Assembly (NCBI RefSeq): GCF_902459465.1
Contig: NC_047068.1
Span: forward strand, 1,674,001-1,738,000
Source: Asterias rubens
Taxonomy: Eukaryota
DNA length: 64,000 nt
Direction: 5' to 3'
Of the stretch, positions 25,476 to 39,060 are shown piece after piece (position 1 is the stretch's first letter; every line of letters begins with the position of its first letter). Position numbers and translations under genes: made by a program. The notes beneath the pieces were generated by a model. That model searched no databases and had not been told where the DNA came from. It saw only the letters and a list, made by a program, of their open reading frames with translations.

Positions 25476-26574
25476 GAGTAATTTATTATTCATGTGGCAG
25501 CAAGTACACGTTAGTAAATATTTACCGAAATTTACTTCATTAAGTATATGTTTGAGTCGAAATGACTTGTCAAAAGTAAATTAAACATAGTTCAATAAAA
25601 GTGAATCAAATTTGATTGAATCGAATTAAATTTAAAAAAAAAAAAAATAAGTTTGTTGTACCTATATCCTTTACGAAATATTTGTAAAAGGGTTTAATTA
25701 AATGTGATTGTGAAAGTACCAACACTTTTATTTGAAGATGAAAAGAATGCAATCAAGTATGAGATGAACGTGATTTTGAAGGGAATTGACCGCAACTCAT
25801 TACGAATTTGAGTTGACATAAAATTTGAATTATGTCACTTAATAATAAAAGGTCTTTATATTTGTACATCTAATCAAAACAAATCAATAATGACAATATA
25901 TTCTTCGAAGTTGCAAAACGTTATATACAAGTAACTTTTTTACAAATCACTTCTCACAATAATACCATTCCCTCCTATGCCATTTGGCAGGAACGCCCAA
26001 CGTGTTATTCAATTGAACTTTTCGATTGATTGGTTGGGTCAGGCCAAATGTTTAAAGTCACAATAAATCTTTCTCTTCCCCGTAAACTGATGAAATGATA
26101 TCGACGTTTTTATACATCTACAACTGTAATGAGCGAACGGGTAAACTTGAAGTGCTGTTTTCCATCAATCATTCGGAAAGAAGTTTGAATAGAATTTGTC
26201 AGTGGAGCATATATTCCCAGCTGGCAATTTAATTTGACGATGCTAAATTGACGTGGACCATGAATCACTTTGGCTCATTCGACAGTATCACATTACCAGG
26301 CCAGCCTCGAACATTTATGAAGTGCAGACAAAACTGTTAACAGTTTACATTGTTTTAACTACTGTGAAGATTGATGGTGGCGGCAACTATTAAGCATCAG
26401 AATGAAGCTGTCTGCTTAAGGCGTTAAAATAAAGTCGTTAACGCGATATTTATGTGTTATTCATGTAAGGGAGGTGTGGTCCGAGACCCTGGGTGCATGT
26501 AATCGTAAACAATCAAGTACAACCGGTCACAGAGAAGATTTGAAGAATTGGAACGGTTCAAATGCATGTTGTTT

Positions 26575-26702
26575 GGGTTAACCCTCGCACGATGTGTTAG
26601 CACCGTATGCTCAGTACTTTCCTGAGTTATGTGAGAGAAAAAAAATCACAGGCATATTACTATGGTGGGATTCGAACATAACACCTTTGCCAGTCTAGAG
26701 CA
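26575..26702 (-). mobile_element. 5'-truncated tRNA-cored repeat
   Basis: Reverse complement has GCTCTAGACTGGCAAAGG...TTCGAATCCCACC...AACTCAGGAAAGTACTGAG. Confidence 0.75.
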
Positions 26703-26756
26703 CCGATATGCACTTTCAAACGGCTTCAGTTATGCACTACATTAAAACCGGTGAAT

Positions 26757-27100
26757 ATTCGGTTTGCGGTAACACCATGACAGCAACTTTGCTGTGTAGA
26801 GTTTTGTTCTTGTGGAACTTCAAGTGTCTTGCTATTAAATTCTACTACAGCGGAATAGATTAGGGAATTCGGGAGACTGCTTATAGTTGTGAAAAGAACT
26901 GTCCTGCTTAATAGTCCTAAAAATGTGTACATACAGAAGCTGCTAAAATGAATAGCAGTAAAACATAAATAGGTTATGAGGCATTGCATAGTGAGGTATC
27001 AATATACATTTGGTTTGCGGTATGTGTGTATCTACTAGGTAGAGTTTGTTCTTAGAGAACTGTCTTTCTTTATTCTACTACCGCGGAGTAGATTTATCGG
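26757..27100 (+). repeat. Dispersed repeat family (two adjacent copies)
   Basis: GGTTTGCGGTAACACCATG...TAGAGTTTGTTCTT...GAACTGTCTT...TTCTACTAC.GCGG at 26757-26880 and 27008-27100; also at about 8712-8785 and 29232-29260. Confidence 0.7.
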
Positions 27101-27821
27101 AATAAAACATAACTTTAACAAATTGTGGCAATACTGACTGGTATTGTGGTACACATGTACACGTTTTTAGTCCCGCATATGCAATGTCTCAAATCACAAC
27201 CGGTGATTAATGCCGTGAAATACGAATAGAGGCTACAACACTACGAAACACCAAGCCCAAGAAAGACATCCATGAAAACTGACATGGGCCTACTTTGAAG
27301 TAAATTACTCAAGAACTTCATGATATGACCCTATTCGGTTATTAACTCCAAGCCTCGTATGTAACCTGATAGGTACAATTAAATTTATCCACTGATGTCA
27401 GCCACATATGGACCCAAGACCCACGTGGTAATTCAATCATTCCCTGTGCGAGTTTTAATTTTGTTTTCCTTTTAACGAGTGGTGATGTAACGTTGTTGAT
27501 ATCATTAGTTATAGTACAGCCAATATTGTTACGTCATTAATGTCATAAGAGCCAAGGATAACCGTATAATTTCCGACGCCATTCTGTTGTGTAAAACTAT
27601 TAGTTCGCTTCGAGTCTGCAGCCAGACATGTAACCAAGTACGTCATCAACTACTGGTTATGTATTGGCTACCGTCAAAGTGGCGCACTTCAAGCGTGTAG
27701 GCCAACTGTTTGTAACAAGTGGTTATTACAAAGTTCACTCACACAAACATTTACTAATATTTTTAAGTCCTCACCACACGAACAATCTGAACAAGTCAAA
27801 ATGAGAAGCAAATCTCCGAAC

Positions 27822-28147
27822 TTAAGGGCACTGGACACCTTTGGTATAAATTGTCAAAGACCAGTATTCTCACTTGGTGTATCCCAACATATGCATGACA
27901 TAACAAATCTGTGAAAATGTGGACTCAATGGGCCATCAAAGTTGCAAAAGAATACAAATGAAAGAAAAAACACCCTTGTTGCACAAATTAATATGTGTGA
28001 TTTCAGATGCCTATAAAGCGCATTAATACGGTTATTGTGAAATGCGCTTAATAGGAATTTGTTATTATTACAGCCCTCCATTGGTTCGTTACCAAGTAAG
28101 TTTTTATGCTAACTTGAGTAATTACCAATAGTGTAATGTGCCTTTAA
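27822..28147 (-). mobile_element. Kolobok-like MITE family A
   Basis: TTAAGGGCACTGGACAC ... GTGCCTTTAA. Confidence 0.8.
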
Positions 28148-29589
28148 TGGGAAGCATCATTATCCGAGTCTCAAACAGTCTGATTTTCAGAACTTTAAAC
28201 AGCTACCTGAGCGGAATGTTTTCAACAGAATTGGTATTTTTACTTGTTTATAATGCACTTGTTCACCATTTTAATGTAATTTTGATATGTGTACACTTCT
28301 GAACTTTTCGTAATTATCGATTAAAAAATCAGGCCCCTACCTAAAGGGTTTTTGAAAAACTAAAAACACTTCTGCCGTTGAGAGCGGGCGTCAAAGGACA
28401 ATGCCGCTGACGTCATTTGTGGGAGTTTGCTTTGTTATACATCCACGCGGCAACAAAGCGGCTTTATCTACTTATGACGTTTTGAGAGTGATTACGTAAC
28501 GGGGCTTTTCGCCAATCTCGCAGAAAAGCTCTGGACAAGGGCATACAAAATGATTGTTTTTTTTACACAATTGAAACCTATTTATAATCATATGACTCGA
28601 TTTCCTTATTTATCGAAAAAAATTTAAGTGGAATTCAGCAAAGTTCACGACTTGACATTTTCGTTCAAGCAGGTCTTTAAGACTACAAGGGTGCATCACA
28701 GTTTAGCAAGAGAGTTATAGCCGACCCCGAAAAGCCAATTACACTGGCGGAAATGAAGTTCTGGTTATAACACATTGGATATGTGTGTCTTGGTAAACGA
28801 AGCCAACAAATCTGTGTACCTCAAACACCCACTGTAGAACCCCAGGGTGCCTTTAAAGAGAACACGGTGAGGTGAATGTGAATGTTCATTACAGCAGAGG
28901 TGTAGAGTCTACATTGCGTTCGGCTTTCTATATTCACTCGGTTGTGCCATGGAGGATTGAAATGTAATAGGTCGAAAGCACTGTTTGCCAACATGTCAAT
29001 TACAAGAATCGCATTACTTTCTTAACTAAATAGACTCTATACCTACTAATGGGATGGATGATTTCACGTAAAGGATGCCGTGGAATCAATAATATGTGTT
29101 TTTAAGTGCCGAATATAGTTTGATGGATTTGAGGTATTGCATGCGGTATCAATACATGACTTTCTTACGCTTGCTCAACCTTATAAAGTTTGTGTATTGC
29201 CATGTAACATTGCATGGTGAGGTGCAAATGTATATTCGGTTTGCGGTGTTACCGAAAACCTTGTATTTATCGTCTTGTATTTATTGTGTAAAGTATCGTA
29301 TTTGGATCATTGTTTTTGTGGGTTTTTTTTTTTCACTTTACGGATGGGCCATATTAAATCGGCTACTTCACAGTCTCAGTGCAATTATTATTGACCATGA
29401 TTTTAAGATTTGGATGTACAGAACAAATCTGCTCTGAGCTCCCGCGTTTAGATTCCCCCGGAATGTAAATCAACTGTAAAATTGCCGTCAATACAGTACA
29501 AAAGAGGAAGATCCTTTAGTGACAAGTTCAGATCAACCAATCAAATATAGGATATTATTACTAAAGTGTTCATTACGGCCATTTTCGAA

Positions 29590-29725
29590 ACCACGGCTTC
29601 GGCTCCAGATTCCGGCTCAGGCTAGCTTGGCCCCGCGGTTCTTTTTGACAACTTCGCGTGCTTTGCGTACGTGCTCGGGGTTTCAGGGCTCCAGACGAGA
29701 GAACGGAGCCGGAAGCCGAAGCCGA
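29590..29725. mobile_element. GC-rich inverted-repeat mini element
   Basis: CGGCTTCGGC...TTCCGGCTC / GAGCCGGAAGCCGAAGCCG. Confidence 0.6.
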
Positions 29726-29955
29726 TTTTACATTGCTTGGTTTCCGTAGCGTGTGGGAAGATGGATTGTGCTTCTTGACACACGATCAGACAGTGTAACA
29801 ATTCCATCCAGGCTCGCGCTTCGTTGGGGTTCATTTCAGACTATCGACTCGTTTGACAATGAGCGTCATTAAAGCTCTTTTGAGCAAGCTCGTGGACCGG
29901 AAAGTGGCAGTTTGCCCCGCAGAGCCTAGCTAGCTGCTGCGCTCGATTTCACCAT

Positions 29956-30442
29956 TTAAAGACACTGGATACTATTGGCAATTACTCTAAATAATTGTTA
30001 GCATAAAAACTTATTTGGAACGATTAAAAGAAAGCTGTTGGTAGTATAAATCATTATGAGCTATGAAGTAACGTAGTTTTTGAGAAAGAGGTGATTTACC
30101 ACTCAACTTAATTACAAAAGATTTCAGCTGAAGCATTTTATTAGACAGATAAAAGCACACAAGTTTGTGGAACAAGGGTGTATTTTCGTTCATTATTCTC
30201 TTGCAACTTCGATGACCAATGGAGTACAAGTGTTCACAGGTTTGTTATCGATTAGTCGTCGATTTCACCAAACTCTTTTTAACTTAGGATAAATCTTAGG
30301 ATTTAAGACGAGCTCAGTTCCGTATCCATAGACGTATATATAAGGACGCATTGAACCCATCCGAAGTTAGAACGAGTTACTCGTCCTAAGTAGAGATGGG
30401 ATTTTTCCTAGCGTTTCGTGAAATCGGTCGCAGTGCCTTTTA
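29956..30442 (+). mobile_element. Kolobok-like MITE family A with nested Harbinger-like MITE
   Basis: TTAAAGACACTGG left end; insertion at 30256-30430; CAGTGCCTTT right-end remnant. Confidence 0.75.
30256..30430. mobile_element. PIF/Harbinger-like MITE family H2 variant
   Basis: GTCGATTTCAC ... GTGAAATCGG; shares GACGAGTTACTCGTCCTAA-like internal motifs with 15115-15244; CAG at the right end. Confidence 0.7.
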
Positions 30443-31850
30443 CGAAGAAGACAAACGTGCGAGGATTGGAGTCATGGGGCACAGGCTGCAGTAATAAGCA
30501 TCACCCCGTGCATGATACACCATGGACTGACGTCCGTAGATCGATTGAAGACGAGATAGGGTAACGGTGTGTATTGCGTGGCCAGCTTGAATGCCCTCTG
30601 GTTCAGATTGAACCTATGACGTTCTGTGGCTCTCTGACGACTCAACAACTTCAGATCGATTGACTTTTCAACCCAACGACAAGTTATTGTACGATCTAGT
30701 GTGAAATTCCTCCGGCGACTCAGATCATAAGATGACTGCATGCATGACTTTGTGCCTTCTTGCGACTGCAAAGTGCACGGTATAATAAAACACAACTTAA
30801 ACCATACACAAACCCACAACAAACACTCAACCATTAATCATATACCAATGAATCGATATGTACACCCATGACACGAGCATTGACGGTAGTTTGGTCATTC
30901 AATGGAAAAACTTCATATCACTTTAAAGCTAATTTCAAAAATATATACTTTGTTGATGACCCCGATCAAATTGTGTAACTTCAACCTGAAAGTCTCCTTT
31001 AGAAAGATGGTTCTGGTATGGTCTAATGTAAGTATCTTGCGAAGTAATTGATGCTGCCGTCAATAAGAACATTAAAGGACTAAATGTTTGTCGAAATTTC
31101 TATGGTCTCGGATGCGGCTAAAGATTCAGTTGGTACCCACTGTCACCTCGCTATAAGCGTTGGTGAAAATACTTACGTATTTGCTGCTTTCTCAAAAAGT
31201 TGGCCTAGAAACTGTATTCAGCTAAAACTTTCACATGTAAATTTTAGTGTAACTTTCTTGATTACTGGTTCCGATCAATCAAGGTTGATAAAAGCCAAAC
31301 GATGACCCCTATTACAAAATACATGAACATAGTGTCAAATGTCATAATAAAACAAACTGTCGCTTGTCACAATTTATCGTGTTTATCGTTAGTCCGTCCT
31401 GTATACTTAAAGATAAAATAATAAAAACTTCGTATTTGTATTATTATTTATTTCTGAACAACCTTTCAAAAGATTGAACAAACAATTTTCAAATAAGCAT
31501 ATTTAAGTTGACTCATCCTCTAAATAAGTTCTAATTGAAAAAATATCTCAAAAATATCTCCACTTGTACAACTGACGGAATATTTTCAAATAGGCTTTAT
31601 TGAAATGAAAATAATAGTGTTAATACAAATGATAGATTTGTCTTTCTGTCGTGTCAAAGATGATGTCTTAGTCCATAGTCAGTGTTTACTTTGTGCCAAC
31701 ATTACTCTAGCTGAACAAGGTAAGCCGGTGGCTACACAAATATCGCAGGCTCAATAATAACCAAAGTGGACAGGGTTTTAAAGACAAACTGTGGTCGGCG
31801 AAAGCGTAGCTCGAATCCACAAACCTCATTGCGCGAGTCAAACAGTATAG

Positions 31851-32161
31851 TTTAGAGACAATGATTGGTAAATGTCAAACACACTCTTCTCACTTGGTGT
31901 ATCTCAACCTATGCATAAAATAACAATCCTGTGAAAATTTGAGCTCAATTGGTCGTCGAAGTTGAGATAACTATGAAAGGAACAACATCCTTGCCACACG
32001 AAGTTGTGTGCTTTCAGATGCTTGATTTCGTGACCTTATCGAATTTTGAGGTCTCGAAATCAAATTTGTGGGAAAAGTACTTCTTTATCGAAAACTACGT
32101 CACTTCAGAGGGAGCCGCTTCTCACAATTTTGAGTATACCAATTGTGTCCACTGCCTTTAA
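31851..32161 (-). mobile_element. Kolobok-like MITE family A
   Basis: Family body; ends GTGTCCACTGCCTTTAA. Confidence 0.8.
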
Positions 32162-33470
32162 GGATTTCTTTGGCACCTAAGGCCCCGAAGTTGCTTTATT
32201 GTACATAATAACCCCATGAATCCAAAGCTTCGTTTGGGAAGTCGTTGCAAAAATACCCCGCGGTTGTCATCTGCAGACAAATTGCGGGGGAAGCCATAGT
32301 GAACCGTTTACCTTAGTTAGAATTAACCAACCTTCACAAGAGTTTACTACAACCAACTAGTAGTTTAACGCGGTAAACGGTTCAAGAGTACCTAAATTAC
32401 TGTGATTCAAGTAAGTATGCCCACACTGCCTCTTTTAAGATCGTTAACCTCAGTTTGTTTGATTAGATGATCTTCCCGTCAGGGAACTCGGCAAACTCCC
32501 ACAAGGGGATATAAACACCAAGCTGGCAACAACCAATCTTTCTCATACAAACATTGTTTCACGTCTAAGATTATGAACTGCCACAAATCAATCAATTTTG
32601 AATCAGTGGATTATGGCTTATATGGCTTATATCTAAAAATTTACACTGATATGAGCTCAGTTTTTGCCGAGATCTGTCACTAAGCCAACTCCCTTAATTT
32701 GAAAACACAGAGAATGAAATTTTAAAAAATAAAGAAAGAGCTTGAATGACGGATTACACTTTATTTAGTGTTTCGGCAACGAAACCTTTTTAGGGAAAAG
32801 TGCGTTTGACAACCTGTTTGAATTGGTATTATTTTATGTTCAGTGCCCTTCGTCAAAGATGAATTATTAATTGACTTAGGTAATTTACTAGTTTCTTGTT
32901 TAACTAGCAGTGCAGTAATGCCACAGTTTTGAACACTATTTTCTGAAATGTTCAAAACCACCAATGACGTTGTTGCAAATCATGTTATATTACTAGTATT
33001 TTAGCATCACTTTGAATAATTTATTGCGATGGGCCCCTTGATTAACAGCATGCACTTAGCGGTACGCTTTCATGTATACAATAAAGGTTGAAGTGTATAG
33101 GTTCATCGTTGGGGAATATATTCCCGGTCTTTTGATATTCTGTCCAGTGACAAATCACAATACATATAAACAATCGAGCAAGATTCCATCAAGTATGTTG
33201 ATCATCACTTTGTCAACTGTATACATGTTGTGCTCGTATTTCCATAAAACCACAATGTATGCCCTTTTTGTGTATACATAGTATCAGTATTGAAGACAAA
33301 AATATATTGGCACATATAAGGGCCGAGTCGCCTTAGATTGGGCAATTTGGGCTAGAGAAAACTTTCGTTATGGAATGAATATGATTGGAAAGATTTTCAA
33401 AAGTAGAATATGACAATCCGCACAAAACGCCTCTAAATTGAGTGATTTTCCTTGTACTTTGTGCAAGTTG

Positions 33471-33552
33471 ACTTTGTGAACTAACACGGTCCGCCATTTT
33501 GTAGAACGATGCCTCCACAAAATGTCAGATCGGCAAGGTTAGTTCACAAAGT
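33471..33552. repeat. Short inverted repeat (MITE remnant)
   Basis: ACTTTGTGAACTAAC...CCATTTTGT / ACAAAATG...GTTAGTTCACAAAGT. Confidence 0.6.
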
Positions 33553-34094
33553 AAAATGAAAACAACACAAGTTCGAACCATGTGTGGATCATTATAAAAC
33601 ATGTGTTAAAACATCCATATTACCTGTTATGGTTCTTTATAAAATTATTCTTTTCCACTAATTATTCTCTATATAATGTTGCTCCTTTTGAATATTATTC
33701 TTTTATAACGGGCACTTTTTGGTGGCGCCAAATCCAAGTTCAGAAAAAAACGTTCATTCATTCTTCAACTACAATCATCAATCATAGTGTCATGTATTCA
33801 CCACTTTCCCCAAATAACCAAAGAGGTAGACCTATGATTGAGGTTTCATTTGAAAGCATTTCATCAAGCAGGAATAAAAGAGATGTACAATCTAGACGCC
33901 TTGTTCCATCATGAATTATGATATGCATCAGCATTGATTCCCCTTGGGGGTTTTGCACGGTTCAATCATTCTGCCACTGTTTTTTCGCCCAGTGAATAAT
34001 TTAATTTCAATTCTGAACCGTAACCGATTTGCAATTTTTTTTCTTCTGCATATTAGAATTGCCATCTTCAAAAAAAAACCTGATTGGTTTTTTT

Positions 34095-34473
34095 TTAATG
34101 CACTGGACACCTTTGGTAATTGTAAGACCAGTCTTCTCACTTGGTTTATCCCAACATATGGATACAATAACAAGCCTGTAAAAAAATTTACTCAATTGGT
34201 CGTCAAAGTGGCGAGAGAATAACGGAGGAAAAAACGCCCTTGTCGCACAAGTTGTTCTCTTTCAAATGCCTTGATTTCGAGACCTCAGCTGAGGTCTCTT
34301 ATTAAGTTCAAATATTTGAGTGCGAAATTACTTTCTCAAAAACTACGTTACTTCAGAGCTAGCCGTTTCTAACAATGCGTTATAATATCAAAAGCTCTCC
34401 ATTCATCGTTACCAAGTAAGTTTGTATGCTAATAATTATTGTGAGTAATAATCGATGTGTCCGGTGCCTTTAA
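34095..34473 (-). mobile_element. Kolobok-like MITE family A
   Basis: TTAA...GCACTGGACAC ... GTGTCCGGTGCCTTTAA. Confidence 0.85.
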
Positions 34474-34801
34474 AGATTCCCTTTTAATCGATGTTAGATT
34501 TCCCCATTGAAAAGCACTATACGACAGTGGCAATTCTAATGTATAGGGGGAGAAAATCCCGTTTGGGGTCAGGAGTCCACAGTGCGTAAGACTAGTAGCG
34601 GAAATGTTTGATTATCAGAATTGCATATTGTAGCATGGAAAGTGAAGCAACTGGTAAAAGTCCCTGCATTAGCGTAAAGTCATTCCTAATACATCTGCAC
34701 TACTGAGATTGAATTATGCATTAAAGTAACTTAAAGGGGATTCCATTGTTGTCTGGTCTGTTCTTCAGTATGTCCAAGTCAAAAAGTTTCAGTCTTACCT
34801 G

Positions 34802-35045
34802 GGCCCAATTTCATAGAGCAGCTAAGCACACAAATTTGCTTAGCGCTTGTTAGCATGAAATGTCTTCCATGATAAAAACAGGATTACCAACCAAATTTGA
34901 ATTTGTTGCATGTTACTTCTTAATGCAAATTCAGCTGTTGCTTGCTTGTCCTGAATATCACGTGGAAATTTGGCTGTTTTTATCAAAAGGGAGAAATGTC
35001 ATGCTAAGCAAATTTGTGTGCTTAGCAGCGCTATGAAATTTGGCC
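34802..35045. mobile_element. PIF/Harbinger-like MITE family H1 (CTG TSD)
   Basis: CTG|GGCCCAATTTCAT ... ATGAAATTTGGCC|CTG; homologous to 2543-2782. Confidence 0.85.
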
Positions 35046-35359
35046 CTGGTGTTTTTTTCGCGGTCTTAACCAATACCTGTTTCGGTCAATGGGCAGTGAC
35101 TAAGCAATGACCATTTCAACCGAAACATTATTGGTTACGACCGTGAAAACGCACCCGTAGTACATGTACGTCAGTTGTCACGATCAAACAAATTACAAAT
35201 AAAATTCTATCAGTATCGATACCAGTTACATAAAACCGAAATCATTTGAATAATTATTGTCACATAATTTATTTTGTCACACAATTCATTATTGTCACAT
35301 AATTCAAAGAGTAGCTCGCCAGAAAGGGATGGTCATCTCAACGATGCAAGAGGTGACTG

Positions 35360-35710
35360 CTCTCTGTTCCAAAAACCTAATGTTCCGACAACCCTTGTTC
35401 CGACAAAAAATTCAAAACAACCCTATACTGACAACCCTATAGAACCGAAATGTTCCGAATACTCTTTGTTCCAACAACCCTATTTTCCGGCAATCCTAAG
35501 TTACAACAACCATACGTTCCGACACTCCTATGTTTCGACATTCCTATGTTCCGGCTATCATACAGATTCTGGCAGCCCAATGTTCCGACAACCCTATGTT
35601 CCGACAGCTTTTTGTTTCAACAGCCCTATATCATGCTACCCTTTACATGTCGTGACAATGTTCCGACAACTCCATAATCCGACAACCCTTTTGTCCGTCA
35701 ACCCTAAAAG
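35360..35710. repeat. Degenerate ~20-bp module array (AACCCTATGTTCCGAC)
   Basis: More than ten variants of ATGTTCCGACA / CAACCCTA; this array explains the ORFs at 35274 and 35450. Confidence 0.8.
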
Positions 35711-36091
35711 TTCATGGCTGTAAACCGATCAATTTATTCCACTTAATACTTAATTTTGAATACAGAAATTAGCTGTTCCAACGTAGTATACATTTAACCA
35801 TATGCCTAATCATCATAATAACGAGAAGAGTCTATCCCCCCACCACCCGTAATATTAGCCTTTACCATCAATACACATGACAACAAATCAATTAATACTA
35901 CAAACTAGACTCACACAGGGGCTTGTATTGCCTTCATTACTGTCCCATAGTTTGTTGATACTCTATTCACCGAATCCCAATATTAACAGTATTCATCAAT
36001 AACGAATACTTCACGAAACACATCCAGGAAAAACTACGACTATACCCAGTAATGGATCTCAAAGTACATGCGGTTTATAGCGGCGAAGATC

Positions 36092-36431
36092 ATAAAGACC
36101 ACTTGACAGTCTTCTCACTTGGTGTCTCTCAACATATGCACAAAATAACAAACTGGTAAAACTCAATTGGTCGTCGAAGTTGCGATATATGGAACAAAAA
36201 ACACGAAGTTGTTTGCTTTCAGATGCTTGATTTCGGGACCTCTAATTCTGAGGTCTCGTGATCAAATTCAAATATTTTCGTGGACAATTACTTCTTTCTC
36301 AAAAACTTCGTTACTTCAGAGAGAGCCGTTTTTCACAATGTTTTACCAACAGCTCTCCATTACTTGTTACCATGTAAGTTTTTATGCTCACAATTATTTT
36401 GGGTAGTTACGAATAGTGTCAAGGGCCTTCA
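36092..36431 (-). mobile_element. Kolobok-like MITE family A inserted in a short tandem repeat
   Basis: Family body, degenerate ends, flanked by ~33-bp repeat units. Confidence 0.75.
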
Positions 36432-37827
36432 AAGTACCCGCGGTTATAGCGGCAAGGATCTTAAAGTACAAGCTTACAGCGGAGAAGTGTGTGAGGTGTT
36501 ATCACATACACGGCATTGGTCTTTTCGCTATCAGCCACCTTGATAGCTGTCTAAACCCTCGCGAGGTTTACGCTGACAGAGAGGTGGTCTCGCGAGATTG
36601 GCAACGTGAGACACCAAGACTACCTACGGGTTTGATGCGATAGAGGATAAGAATTGAATAAAGTTAAATATACTGTAGTTGTTGTCCTTATTTCTGATTA
36701 TAGCGCCTTGATGAAAGACTAGAGAAAAGTCAATGGACACGTCGTGTTCAGTAAACGTAGGAGTGGGTGGGAGTAGCGAAACACACACTCGAATACACTG
36801 TCGCTCCTAGGTAAGCTGCGGGTAATCCTTGTTGAACGATGGGGGAAATCGCTTGAGATGACATGTGACAAGTTAAGTGCTTCAAATATTCAGGTGATTT
36901 TTGAAAAGAGGGCACTAAAACGTGATCGGGATATGTTTGGCGGCTATTTCCCTGCAGCAATATATAACCTGATGCTTGGATCAATGCATGTTATTTCCCT
37001 CTCATATTATAATATCCCCACAGCCGTAATAATTTGTTGGATAAGCAGACTTTCGAGTTACAGTGTTTGAGTACACTTTTGGTTATCCTGGCCAAACTTG
37101 ATAGAGGGCATTTATTTTATTTACTTTATGTTATTTTTCACAGACTATTTTGATACTGTGTACTCTTTTGTTTTAAGGCCGAGTAAATAATAATAATAGT
37201 AATATTAGGCTCTATAATAATCATACTTGAGTTCAAAATTATTACAAAGATTGGTTTACAAAAATCAGTGATCAGAATGATCAGTCCTTGGAAAGCCTTC
37301 ACTATTGTTCATCTTCTGAGATGCTACCAGTACAGTTCGGCCCAAACGGTAGGCGTTCCTTTACCAAGTGAAGTATGCAGAATCGGCAAGGGGCCGACCA
37401 TTTTTGAGAATAACCAAAGTGCCTTCACCACAAACTTGTCATGATGCACAACAAATTTGAGCAATATATTGTGAATTGAAGCAACGGGTATTACACCCGT
37501 TGCCCATGGCTTGAAGAGTTTTCTAAATTGACATACAAAGACAGCAGGTGCACAATGCACATATCATAATTCTTGGTCAAAGCATAGAATCCCACGATTG
37601 CTTGCAAACGTATACCCCGCAAACCAAATATGAATTGATACCTCACGCATGCAATGCCTAAAATACCGTACAAATATTATTTGAAATACTGGACACCACG
37701 GGCGAATTTATACTTTTAAAAGTGTGACTTCCAAGCGTTATCAAAATTATGAGAGATATAAGAAATCTGGAAAATTACTGACAGATTAAAAATGATGTGA
37801 AGTACAAACATATATTTGGTGTGCGTC

Positions 37828-37960
37828 TTTTCCAAGGGTTCGAATCCCACCTGAGTAATATGCCCGACTTTTTCAAAGAACTCGGTAAAGTACTAAGTAT
37901 GGTGCAAGAGCAAAACCAAACAATATTCTTATTCATCCCCGATGCAAATTAAACATCTAT
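37828..37960 (+). mobile_element. 5'-truncated tRNA-cored repeat
   Basis: GGGTTCGAATCCCACCTGAGTAATATGCC...AACTCGGTAAAGTACT...CCCCGATGCAAATTAAACATCT. Confidence 0.75.
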
Positions 37961-39060
37961 AGGTACAGCTTTGACTAGATTGACCGTGTTTGCTTTTATC
38001 ATAGAGCAATTAAACAAACGTCAAACTCAAGTGCCTGTAATACTTTGATCAGAATCGCAGTTATTGAATCTTAGGTCAATACCCTTTTAGCAGGTATTTA
38101 GGAAAGTTAATTAAAGGGGAAATATTCTTGACACGAAGCAATTCACAGCTCTGAGGTGTTTACTTATCAAACGCGAGTATGTCATTGACGCGTGACGCAT
38201 ACTGTATAAGATGAAACAGCCCTTAGTGACAAGCTACGGTCAAATCGTAAACGTTTATACATTAAGCCCCTTTCACATGAGAGCAATTTAGCAAGGGTCC
38301 TGTGCTTAATTGCAGCAAGGTTGAAAAATTGTACAAAACGCACCTTGTGTGAAAAGACAGCATTGGATGACGTCGGCTTAGCGCGGGTAAATTGTCATAT
38401 GATGAAAATGGAAATTCAGGGCTGGGAGTCGGTGCTGACAAAATAAATGGGAATTGTATGCAACAGTTAGTTCTTTGAACTGAAATGTTTACGATGCAAA
38501 CAACCATTCCAGTGAGCTGTGATCAAATTGAGCTCTCAACGAAAAAGAGGTGCGACAATTCTAGTTGATCAAACAGATGCATCATTGTGTCACTTGCAAA
38601 CAAAATTACGTCCAAAGACCGGTTATATTTAAACACCAATTGTGACGTGATAACACAAATATTGTCCCAATCAACCGTTTAACGGTCAGCCAACACACGC
38701 ACAAAATGTAAATGTTACCGAGAACCACTTTAGTTCAATTTTTCTTCTGGTCACGTCGCAACTAAAGTAACTCATACTTTACAACAGCACATGTTGATAC
38801 GCCCTTGAAGTTTTGATATAACATTGGTGACAGTTTGTCCGTATCAATGTGGCATATTGATCATTCCAATATTGGCAAAGCTTCAATATAAAATGGAAAT
38901 ACAATGGTCGCTAAATATAGTTCTTAGATTGCCATAAATATTGCAATAATGCCAATAGATTGCGTCCGGACACAAAACTTTACTTTGATGCCGCTTTAGG
39001 ACTCGTTTTGCATATAACAACGACAGTGACCGATCGGGTCTCTCTTATCTACAATGAGCC

